A DNA stretch of 52,804 bases from the IMG/VR virus record IMGVR_UViG_3300030098_003801, positions 1-52,804 of that record, one strand, 5' to 3'. The notes under the pieces were generated by a model that was not told the origin of the DNA, did no database searches, and saw only the letters and a program-made list of their open reading frames with translations. Below, one piece after another: positions 1 through 7,153 of this stretch (positions within the stretch are counted from its first letter, which is position 1; the number at the start of each line of letters is the position of its first letter). The position numbers and the translations under genes are program-made. The stretch is from a virus (taxonomy: Duplodnaviria > Caudoviricetes).

Positions 1-98
1 CATGTGGGACACCCCGTTTCGGGTCGATCTGGGTGCCTCGTGCAGGGTGTCTCGGACCCCTCTCCAACATGTGGTGGTCTCACCCCATCCTGATCAGG
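1..98. repeat. Terminal direct repeat, left copy
   Basis: 1-98 is identical to 52705-52802. Confidence 0.9.
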
Positions 99-130
99 AG
101 GAGCCCGTCGCCCCGGCCAAGCTCACCTCA

Positions 131-197
131 CGAAAGCCGGCGTTCGCCCGTTCGCGACCACCCCCCATTTTCACGCGAAAGCTGGCGTTTGCCCGTT
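131..197. repeat. Imperfect 22-nt direct repeat near the left end
   Basis: CGAAAGCCGGCGTTCGCCCGTT (131-152) vs CGAAAGCTGGCGTTTGCCCGTT (176-197), 20/22 identical. Confidence 0.6.
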
Positions 198-342
198 GAG
201 TTGGCTCCACGGTAGAACGCCGAATATCGAGGGGCCCCCGATCGCCGAGAGGCCCCCGAGGATCATGTCATGCAAGAGTTTACAACTTTTCTAAACCCGC
301 TGCTGGCCCGGCTCTACAGGCCCTCGCTCTGACCCGGCCCGT

Positions 343-361
343 TTGCCCCTACATCTAGAGT
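343..361 (+). promoter_or_regulatory. Putative early promoter/operator motif, copy 1
   Basis: TTGCCCCTACATCTAGAGT is 16/19 identical to 3781-3799; both are intergenic and precede a gene block. Confidence 0.35.
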
Positions 362-442
362 ATGCAAGAGAGCGTCCACATTCTGAATCTCTCTTCTTTT
401 CAACCGGGTCGTACCAGACCCACCAGCCAAAGGACACACACC

Positions 443-721
443 ATGACATTCTTCGACCTTCCCTCCGCTCTCGACGCCTCCGACATCACCTTCGTGCAGG
501 CCACCGCCAACCTCACCCACGAGGACGGCCTCGGCACCACCGAGCACAGGCACCACGACCGGAACCCCTCGGACTCGCAGGAGTTCTGCACGGCGGCCGT
601 CCACATGAAGCTGCGCGACCTGCTCGACGGCATGTCTCTTGAGGAGGCTCTGGCCGAGTACAACCCGAAGGGCGACGACGAGGTCACCCTGCTTCTGGTG
701 AAGCTGATCACCCAGCCCTAG
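443..721 (+). CDS. Hypothetical early protein, acidic, 92 aa
   Basis: AAGGAC RBS before ATG 443; followed by hairpin and ribozyme 1. Confidence 0.75.
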   Translation: MTFFDLPSALDASDITFVQATANLTHEDGLGTTEHRHHDRNPSDSQEFCTAAVHMKLRDLLDGMSLEEALAEYNPKGDDEVTLLLVKLITQP

Positions 722-743
722 CGGGCAGCCCCCTACGGGGGGC

Positions 744-792
744 GCTGTCGTGGGGAAGCCCACCTGATGAGCCCGATGAAGGGCGAAACAGC
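744..792 (+). ncRNA. Type III hammerhead ribozyme 1; predicted cleavage after C749
   Basis: GCUGU-C^; stem I GUGGG/CCCAC; core CUGAUGA 764-770; stem II GCCC/GGGC; GAAA 785-788; stem III closes with ACAGC. Confidence 0.93.
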
Positions 793-810
793 AACTAACG
801 AGAGGACGAC

Positions 811-1029
811 ATGGGACACACGGAACAATGGACGACGCGGCGGACGGCAGCATGGGTCATCGCCAAGCTGCGCGAGTACAAGGAAGAGGACATCGAGGAG
901 GCCTTCGGGTGCCCCGGCTGCACCATGCTCGACCTGCTCGGGTTTAACGCGAGGTCAGATGGCGACCTCGCCACCGCACGCCTCTGCGAACGCTGGTTCG
1001 CCAAGGTCACATCCGAGGAGGGCTGGTAG
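811..1029 (+). CDS. Hypothetical early protein, 72 aa, CxxC
   Basis: GAGGAC RBS; fills the space between ribozymes 1 and 2. Confidence 0.75.
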   Translation: MGHTEQWTTRRTAAWVIAKLREYKEEDIEEAFGCPGCTMLDLLGFNARSDGDLATARLCERWFAKVTSEEGW

Positions 1030-1051
1030 CCGCCACGCCCCTTCGGGGGCA

Positions 1052-1103
1052 CCGTCCGAGGCTGACCCGCCTCGCTGATGAGACTCATGGAGAGTCGAAA
1101 CGG
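1052..1103 (+). ncRNA. Type III hammerhead ribozyme 2; predicted cleavage after C1056
   Basis: CCGU-C^; stem I CGAGGC/GCCUCG, loop UGACCC; CUGAUGA 1075-1081; stem II GACUC/GAGUC, loop AUGGA; GAAACGG. Confidence 0.95.
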
Positions 1104-1122
1104 AACCACAGAGGAGACAGAC

Positions 1123-1473
1123 ATGAACATCGCATTCACCCGGCACGCATCCGAGCCCGGCATCACCATGACCTTCGACATCGAGACCGCAGTCCACACA
1201 TTGTGGGGGGGCGAGGGCGACGGCATCAAGAAGCTGCGCGCACTGGCCACCCTGCTTGACATCGAGATCCCGAAGGGACTCCGCACCATTCGCGAGGACA
1301 AATACTACTACGTCTACGACAACACCGGGGCGCTGGTTTTCTCGGACTACGATGACACCGTCAACGCCACACAAATGAAGGCCGCGTACATCGCCCACCT
1401 CATCGAGGAGCGCGCCAAGAAGCTCGAAGAAGATGAGCGCGAGGCCCGTTACGCACGTGCACACAACATCTAA
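1123..1473 (+). CDS. Hypothetical early protein, 116 aa
   Basis: GAGGAG RBS before ATG 1123; lies between ribozymes 2 and 3. Confidence 0.75.
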   Translation: MNIAFTRHASEPGITMTFDIETAVHTLWGGEGDGIKKLRALATLLDIEIPKGLRTIREDKYYYVYDNTGALVFSDYDDTVNATQMKAAYIAHLIEERAKKLEEDEREARYARAHNI

Positions 1474-1496
1474 ACCCCTCGCCCCCTTCGGGGGCA

Positions 1497-1551
1497 GGGG
1501 TCGTGGGCTGTACCGCCCGCCTGACGATGGCTCATGGAGAGCCGAAACCCC
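1497..1551 (+). ncRNA. Type III hammerhead ribozyme 3; predicted cleavage after C1502
   Basis: GGGGU-C^; stem I GUGGGC/GCCCGC, loop UGUACC; CUGACGA 1521-1527 plus extra U; stem II GGCUC/GAGCC, loop AUGGA; GAAACCCC. Confidence 0.9.
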
Positions 1552-1576
1552 GTCAGTCACAACCAGAGAGGACATC

Positions 1577-2338
1577 ATGACCAACAGCACCTTCGACATC
1601 ACGATCAACACCGCCGAGATGGGCCCCCTCACGATCCGTGAGCACGAGGACGACATCAAGCGGTCGAACTTCGACGAGGAGGCCGTGAGCGACGAGACAC
1701 TGGCCCTCGTCATGGCTGCGATGGCAGCGGCCAAGGCCACCGGCGAGAGCGTCACCATCAACACCAGCCCTGACCGTGGCGTCACCGTCGCGCCTGTCGC
1801 GCCCCTCTTCGACGAGGAGTGCATCGCTTGGAGCAAGGGGCATGCCGGACGCGGGCACCGCGTCGCGCAGAGCCACCGCGGAGAGGTCTTGCAGGACGTG
1901 CGCGCGGTCATGCCCACCCTCGTCTTCGAGCACACCGACTACGACGGCGTCGTGCGCCGCATCACGGTGGATGCCGAGGCCACCATCACCTCCCACGAAG
2001 GTGAGCGCCGCGAATACGTCTACCTTCGGAGGACCTTCACCGTCGAGCGTCAACTCAAAAGCGGGAAGTGGCATTCCCGTCGGAAGTGGACCCCCGCCAA
2101 CGCCTGCCCCATCCTCGATGTCGTCGAAGAGCACTGCTACGGCAGCGAGGACATTCTCTCCCTGCGCTGGAACTCTCTCTTCAATGCTTTCTACGACTTC
2201 AACAACGGCTACTTCGACGCCATCGCGAACGGCGTCAGCCAGATCGACAGGGACCACGCCTACGCTGTGCGCACCTCCCTCACTGGCTTGCGCGATCACC
2301 TCGACGGCGCGCTCGTCGAGTGGGAGGTGCAGGGCTGA
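1577..2338 (+). CDS. Hypothetical early protein, 253 aa
   Basis: GAGGAC RBS before ATG 1577; lies between ribozymes 3 and 4. Confidence 0.8.
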   Translation: MTNSTFDITINTAEMGPLTIREHEDDIKRSNFDEEAVSDETLALVMAAMAAAKATGESVTINTSPDRGVTVAPVAPLFDEECIAWSKGHAGRGHRVAQSHRGEVLQDVRAVMPTLVFEHTDYDGVVRRITVDAEATITSHEGERREYVYLRRTFTVERQLKSGKWHSRRKWTPANACPILDVVEEHCYGSEDILSLRWNSLFNAFYDFNNGYFDAIANGVSQIDRDHAYAVRTSLTGLRDHLDGALVEWEVQG

Positions 2339-2349
2339 CGCCCACCCTT

Positions 2350-2404
2350 CGGGGTCGGGCGCTGCTACGGCGCCCCTGACGAGTCCATCGAGGACGAAAC
2401 CCCG
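2350..2404 (+). ncRNA. Type III hammerhead ribozyme 4; predicted cleavage after C2356
   Basis: CGGGGU-C^; stem I GGGCGC/GCGCCC; CUGACGA 2376-2382; stem II GUCC/GGAC, loop AUCGA; GAAACCCCG. Confidence 0.95.
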
Positions 2405-2433
2405 TCAGCCATCAACCATTCGAGAGGAACAAC

Positions 2434-2976
2434 ATGACCAGAATCACATTCACCATTAGGGTTGACGGCAATATCGACTACCACTGGGCCCAGCGCATCC
2501 CCGACGGTGTGAACGCCCGCCTGTACGAGGACTTGAGCGACCTGATGCGCGGCTACGTCTACTCGCCCCAAGAGGTGGCGATCACCTACCCCACCACCTG
2601 CGGACCCAGCCCGCGCACCGTCGTTACCAGCAACCGACGCCACTCCCGTAAGCACCTCTCCGACATGACCGACGAGGTCTGGACCTGCGTGCAGCAGGCC
2701 CTCTCTGCTGGCCTGCGCCCCGCCGCGGCCGGCACGGATGGGGGCATGGTTGGGCCCGTGTCCTTCCTGCCCATCACGAATGGCGCCGCCGTCGTGCGCA
2801 TCCACGATCGGTATGATGCCGGTAATGTCGTCAGCTACATCGCCGCCAGCGAGGACGACTGCCGGTGCAACCTCTCCCGCGCCGCGTACCAGTGCGCACT
2901 GGAACAGGGCGACACCGTCACCATGGGCTGCGTCATCGCCGAGCCCGTGCGCAGCGCTCAGGGAGGTGCGGCATGA
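2434..2976 (+). CDS. Hypothetical early protein, 180 aa
   Basis: GAGGA RBS; ends in an ATGA overlap with the next ORF. Confidence 0.75.
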   Translation: MTRITFTIRVDGNIDYHWAQRIPDGVNARLYEDLSDLMRGYVYSPQEVAITYPTTCGPSPRTVVTSNRRHSRKHLSDMTDEVWTCVQQALSAGLRPAAAGTDGGMVGPVSFLPITNGAAVVRIHDRYDAGNVVSYIAASEDDCRCNLSRAAYQCALEQGDTVTMGCVIAEPVRSAQGGAA

Positions 2977-3095
2977 GAGACCCCTACTTCAGCGACGAGA
3001 CCGTCGCCGCCTTCGTCTTCATCTTCGGCACCCCGTGGCTGGCAGCCCTGACTGTGCTCACTGTGAGCCTGCTGCTCGAAGGGGGTGCAGCATGA
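2973..3095 (+). CDS. Small membrane protein, 40 aa
   Basis: GGAGGT RBS, ATGA overlap, one hydrophobic segment. Confidence 0.6.
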   Translation: MRDPYFSDETVAAFVFIFGTPWLAALTVLTVSLLLEGGAA

Positions 3096-3328
3096 GCCTG
3101 TACGGACACAGCTTCAACGACTTCAGAACCCAGACGAACAACGACATCGTCGAGGCGCACAGCGACAAGCCCGCGCACGAGTGCAGGGCCTGCCGAGGCC
3201 GCGGCTGGTGGCTGTCGGACTACGACACATGGGAGACGTGCCCCCTCCACTACACGGGGCAGCCAGACCCCGAGACTGCGATGGCGGATCACGAGGCGGC
3301 CGAGCGTGATCGGGGAGGTGACGCATGA
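3092..3328 (+). CDS. Small zinc-finger-like protein, 78 aa
   Basis: CRACRGRG...CPLH motif; ATGA-coupled at both ends. Confidence 0.65.
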   Translation: MSLYGHSFNDFRTQTNNDIVEAHSDKPAHECRACRGRGWWLSDYDTWETCPLHYTGQPDPETAMADHEAAERDRGGDA

Positions 3329-3534
3329 AACCCACCTACCTGCACTACACCTTCCGCGTCCGCATTGACCACAAGGCTGACTTGGCCGAAGCCCTTGAGG
3401 CTGGCCAGCAAGCTATGGACACCGTGGCCACCGCCCTTGAGATGCACTGCATCGGCGTCGAGTCGAGCACCGAGGAAATCGAGCAGAGCCTCACCGTCGA
3501 GGCGCGCGACCTTCCCCACGGAGGTGACGCATGA
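3325..3534 (+). CDS. Hypothetical protein, 69 aa
   Basis: GGAGGT RBS and ATGA coupling. Confidence 0.65.
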   Translation: MKPTYLHYTFRVRIDHKADLAEALEAGQQAMDTVATALEMHCIGVESSTEEIEQSLTVEARDLPHGGDA

Positions 3535-3629
3535 GAGACCTACGCTACGAGGCCGCCGCTTGGCTCCTCGCGATCGTCTGCTGGGCAGTTACAATGTACT
3601 TCTATTCACAACTCGGAGGTGCAGCATGA
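3531..3629 (+). CDS. Small membrane peptide, 32 aa (not in ORF track)
   Basis: MRDLRYEAAAWLLAIVCWAVTMYFYSQLGGAA; GGAGGT RBS; ATGA-coupled at both ends. Confidence 0.6.
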   Translation: MRDLRYEAAAWLLAIVCWAVTMYFYSQLGGAA

Positions 3630-3772
3630 GCAGGCGCAAGCGACAGGCCCCACCGAAGCGACGCAACGCCGTCGTGCAGGCCATGAAGTCACGCTCCGCC
3701 AAGGCGGGGTACCACACCGACAGGAAGAAGGAGGCCAAGCGGCGAGCCTGTCGCCAGAAGTACCGGGTGTGA
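3626..3772 (+). CDS. Small highly basic protein, 48 aa
   Basis: GGAGGT RBS; MSRRKRQAPPKRRNAVV...HTDRKKEAKRR. Confidence 0.65.
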   Translation: MSRRKRQAPPKRRNAVVQAMKSRSAKAGYHTDRKKEAKRRACRQKYRV

Positions 3773-3780
3773 TCATATTG

Positions 3781-3799
3781 TTGCCCCCATATCTTGAGT
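3781..3799 (+). promoter_or_regulatory. Putative early promoter/operator motif, copy 2
   Basis: TTGCCCCCATATCTTGAGT, 16/19 identical to 343-361. Confidence 0.35.
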
Positions 3800-3849
3800 C
3801 AGTTAACCACGGTGTGCCGGCACCAAACCACCCGGCAGGAGGATACATC

Positions 3850-4191
3850 ATGAAGACGAACGACCTAGCCTACCTCACGCACAACGAGGACGAAGGCATC
3901 TGCATTCACGGCACCCACAAGCAGGGCACCCTGACCGGCATCACTTACAACCAACTGTACCTCGCCTTCGGGGGTCACATCTGGGTGGAGGGCCCCGATC
4001 AGGTGGACTGGTCATGGAACATTGAGTTCCCCTGCGGCACCGTGGCTACGGTGTACAACTGGAAGAACGGTCCCAACTACTGCGGCGCCGCTGGCATGAA
4101 CCGCTATCAGGTCACGACGTGGAACGTCGGGGGCAACAGCGCCGAAGCGTGGCACCTCGTCAAGGCTGCGCTCGAAGGAGGTGCAGCATGA
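3850..4191 (+). CDS. Hypothetical phage protein, 113 aa
   Basis: AGGAGG RBS before ATG 3850. Confidence 0.75.
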   Translation: MKTNDLAYLTHNEDEGICIHGTHKQGTLTGITYNQLYLAFGGHIWVEGPDQVDWSWNIEFPCGTVATVYNWKNGPNYCGAAGMNRYQVTTWNVGGNSAEAWHLVKAALEGGAA

Positions 4192-4316
4192 AAAGCATCG
4201 CCAAGTTCCTCGGACTCTGGGAGGCGATCGACTTCTGCGACGCCTACCACCACGGCAACCTTCGCATCGAGAAAGAACTCGACGGACGCTACCACGTCTA
4301 CGACATGGGGGCCTAG
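4188..4316 (+). CDS. Hypothetical protein, 42 aa
   Basis: GGAGGT RBS and ATGA overlap. Confidence 0.6.
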   Translation: MKSIAKFLGLWEAIDFCDAYHHGNLRIEKELDGRYHVYDMGA

Positions 4317-4407
4317 ACATTCTCTTGACAAACCTGCCCCTCGATCGGGGGGCACCACTGATTAGTAGACAGATGCAGGAACAAACCACCTGCTTGGAGG
4401 ACATATC

Positions 4408-4662
4408 ATGAAGCCTACTTTTGAAGAAGTTTACGAGCACCTCGCGGACGCGGTTGACCCCGACGTGCTGGGCTACGCTGCGGACTGGCGCGCCTACGCC
4501 GACGCAGTGGAACGCTTCGTCGCCAAGGCTCGCGCCTTCGCTGACAAGCTGGAGTGCGGCGACTCGGATGTCGAGGAGCCCGCTGCGCCGCAGACCCCCG
4601 TGATGCCGCCGGCGCTCAACGTGCCGCTTCAAGATCAACCCGATGACTGGACCCTGTTCTAA
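4408..4662 (+). CDS. Hypothetical acidic protein, 84 aa
   Basis: GGAGGAC RBS. Confidence 0.7.
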   Translation: MKPTFEEVYEHLADAVDPDVLGYAADWRAYADAVERFVAKARAFADKLECGDSDVEEPAAPQTPVMPPALNVPLQDQPDDWTLF

Positions 4663-4672
4663 GGAGGACGAC

Positions 4673-5299
4673 ATGGAAGACTCAAAGTACAACGACGGAG
4701 GCATGAACCTCACCCGCGAGAGCGGGTGGGACATGACCCCGCAGGCATCCAAGTTCTTGCACGACCTGCTTCATGGCAGGCACGACGCATCTCTTGTGCG
4801 TGGCGGCGCTCGCCCCGGCAGGGAGATCGCTCGGGCGTACATCATCAGGGATAAGCGCACTGAGAATCCAGCGGGCGAAGTGCTCGTCACTCTGGATGTG
4901 TGCGTCGAGTACCAGAAGACGATCGCCCAACGCTTCCGCGGCACGGCGACTCGCGCGAACATCAGGGCCCACTTCGATGTCGAGGCATGGAAGGAGTGGG
5001 AGAACTTCAGCGACCCCTGCGAGCCCACCTTTGAGCTTGGCAGGTTGTGCGAGGAGGACCAGCTTACGGCGCTCACCGTGTTTGGAGTCAAGGAGGTACA
5101 CGCCTCTCTCTTCTTCGCCGAGGAGATGCCGAGGGGCAGCACGCGCTACGAGGTTCACGCTCGTCACGTTGACGGCGCCTTCCGTTTCTTCTTCAGCTAC
5201 GCGCACAACCAGCCAGCACCGGGCAAGCCAGTCGTGCCCCAAGTTCCAATCCCAACCCCCGTCGCCGTTGTTTCTGATGACGACGACCTGCCGTTCTAG
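4673..5299 (+). CDS. Hypothetical protein with SSB-like acidic tail
   Basis: AAGGAGG RBS; ends SDDDDLPF after a Pro-rich linker. Confidence 0.7.
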   Translation: MEDSKYNDGGMNLTRESGWDMTPQASKFLHDLLHGRHDASLVRGGARPGREIARAYIIRDKRTENPAGEVLVTLDVCVEYQKTIAQRFRGTATRANIRAHFDVEAWKEWENFSDPCEPTFELGRLCEEDQLTALTVFGVKEVHASLFFAEEMPRGSTRYEVHARHVDGAFRFFFSYAHNQPAPGKPVVPQVPIPTPVAVVSDDDDLPF

Positions 5300-5307
5300 G
5301 AGGACGC

Positions 5308-5490
5308 ATGCTTACCGATGATCAGAGTGAGAAACTGGAGCGCGTCAGTCGCATGCTTTACGAAGTGTGCGAGGCGCTCCCCGATGTCAACCCCGCCGAA
5401 GTGGAGAAGGCTTTGGACCATGCGCACAGTGTGCTGCATGACATGCTGACCACTGACGCCATCGAGAGCACGAGGGAGGTGACGGCATGA
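5308..5490 (+). CDS. Hypothetical protein, 60 aa
   Basis: AGGAGG RBS. Confidence 0.65.
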   Translation: MLTDDQSEKLERVSRMLYEVCEALPDVNPAEVEKALDHAHSVLHDMLTTDAIESTREVTA

Positions 5491-5594
5491 TCTACCTCAC
5501 GGGCTTTGACTACATGCTCATGCTCACCGCCTGCTATTTCGGCGGCATGGGTGCAGTTCTTTTGATGCAAGCGCAGGAGAAAAGGGGGCGATAA
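5487..5594 (+). CDS. Small membrane peptide, 35 aa (not in ORF track)
   Basis: GGAGGT RBS, ATGA overlap; MIYLTGFDYMLMLTACYFGGMGAVLLMQAQEKRGR. Confidence 0.55.
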   Translation: MIYLTGFDYMLMLTACYFGGMGAVLLMQAQEKRGR

Positions 5595-5698
5595 GAAAAC
5601 AAGAAAGTTTGTTGCGCATCTGCGCGCCCCTAAATACAGGGGTCATGATGGCGGAGGGAGCGGCCACAACGGTTCCCAACCACACTTGAGAGGACAGT

Positions 5699-6670
5699 AT
5701 GTTTGACACTATTGACTACAACCACGAAGCCCCGGCACTCACTCTCGGCACCAAGGTTCCGACCGAGTCCGAGAACATTGTCGAGGCGCTCCTGTCTGCG
5801 GACATCCCATTCGACGCGCCCGTCAAGGTGCCGATGGCTTCCGTCCTACCCGACGGTGGCGTCCGGGTGATCCCCGACAGGTACAACCTGATGGATAGTC
5901 GCGGCCGCATCGTCGGTGAGAACGTGACCGACCGCTACACTCCCATCGGGTTCGGTGAGATGTTCGGAGTGGTGGACCACCTGCTGCACCAAGGCTTCTC
6001 CATTGACAGGGTGATCGACTTCAACGGGCGCCGGCTCTTCGTCAGCGTGGAGTTGACGCAGTACCAGTTTGACGTGACCGGGGACGGCGACCTCGTCACC
6101 CCGCACGCTTGGATCAGGGGCTCGCATGACAGTAGCTCTTCCACCGAGGTGTTCATCGCCCTCGGCCGTGGCTACTGCACGAACCAACTGGTCGCAACAA
6201 AGCAGATGGTCAAGCGAATGGGCCTGCCGCACATCTCCGTGCGCCACACACGCAGCGCGCCCGACCGCCTGCGGATGGCGGCGGAGTTGTTCTCCAACTG
6301 CGAGCGGATGATCATGAGCCAGAAGGAGATCATGCAGCGCTTCGCGGCCACCCCTTTCAGCGCCACCGCCTTCGCTGACTTGGTGGACAACCTGATCCCG
6401 CTGCCGGAGGAGCCACTTGAGGGTGAGTCCACCCGCGGCTACACGATGGCGGAGAACCGACGCGGCCTGCTCTTCGACCTGTACGAGTATGGGCGTGGCG
6501 CCCACTCTGGACGCGGCACCAAGTGGCAGGCGCTCAACGCTGTCACCGAGTACACCACCCACCACATCGCAACGCGCGGTGGGGACCGCGAGGAGAAGCT
6601 GTTCCTCGGCAGCATCGAAGGACCTGCCGCGAAACTCAACGAGCGGGCGATGGAGCTACTCAACGCATAG
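5699..6670 (+). CDS. DUF932/DUF945-like phage/plasmid protein
   Basis: SHDSSSS, CTNQL, RHT and GTKWQALNAVTEY motifs typical of this family. Confidence 0.8.
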   Translation: MFDTIDYNHEAPALTLGTKVPTESENIVEALLSADIPFDAPVKVPMASVLPDGGVRVIPDRYNLMDSRGRIVGENVTDRYTPIGFGEMFGVVDHLLHQGFSIDRVIDFNGRRLFVSVELTQYQFDVTGDGDLVTPHAWIRGSHDSSSSTEVFIALGRGYCTNQLVATKQMVKRMGLPHISVRHTRSAPDRLRMAAELFSNCERMIMSQKEIMQRFAATPFSATAFADLVDNLIPLPEEPLEGESTRGYTMAENRRGLLFDLYEYGRGAHSGRGTKWQALNAVTEYTTHHIATRGGDREEKLFLGSIEGPAAKLNERAMELLNA

Positions 6671-6677
6671 GACTTGA

Positions 6678-6703
6678 GGCCCCCTTCGGGGGGCCGCTTT
6701 CTT
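6678..6703 (+). terminator. Probable intrinsic terminator or stabilising hairpin
   Basis: GGCCCCC-TTCG-GGGGGCC followed by GCTTTCTT, just after the stop codon. Confidence 0.55.
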
Positions 6704-6774
6704 GGGAGGGAAGCATGGGTGCGCATGACGAAGAGTACATCGAGAGGTTCCAAACTCGAGGCAGGAGGAAGGCG

Positions 6775-6972
6775 GTGCCTATCTATGAATACAAGTGCGA
6801 TGGTTGCGGGGATGTCTTCGAGGTGTTCGTCTCGATGGGTTGCCGGGACAAGCAGACGTGTCCTAACTGCGGGCACAAGGACTCGACGAAGATGGTGTCC
6901 GGCGGCTCGTTCGTTCTGAAGGGCGGCGGCTGGTACAAGGATGGGTACAGCAAGGGAGGAAGTGATGAGTGA
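6775..6972 (+). CDS. FmdB-family zinc-ribbon protein
   Basis: GTG start with AGGAGG RBS; PIYEYKCDGCG...CPNCG...FVLKGGGWY. Confidence 0.85.
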   Translation: MPIYEYKCDGCGDVFEVFVSMGCRDKQTCPNCGHKDSTKMVSGGSFVLKGGGWYKDGYSKGGSDE

Positions 6973-7153
6973 CGATGGGCTCTGCGGCACATGCGGTGAA
7001 TCAATCTTGGCGTGGCAAGAGATGTGTACTGACAAGTCAGGGGTTCGACACCACCCGAAGTGCCTGACCGGCAAGAGCGGGTTCATGCTGACAAAGGCCG
7101 AGCGGGAGCAGTGGCTACGAACACCCCACCATGAGGAAGACGATGCCTCGTAA
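6965..7153 (+). CDS. Small Cys/His protein
   Basis: GGAGG RBS; CGTC...HPKC. Confidence 0.55.
   Translation: MSDDGLCGTCGESILAWQEMCTDKSGVRHHPKCLTGKSGFMLTKAEREQWLRTPHHEEDDAS

Noticed and set aside
406-421. GGGTC-GTACCA-GACCC hairpin before the first gene as a fifth hammerhead
   Set aside because: It has GUC but no CUGANGA or GAAA core; only a simple leader hairpin
728-1495. UNCG hairpins after early genes as intrinsic terminators
   Set aside because: No U-tract follows; they run straight into the ribozymes
744-2404. Repeated intergenic elements as a CRISPR array or attC sites
   Set aside because: Only the hammerhead core is conserved, the spacers are whole genes, and there is no cas1 or integron integrase
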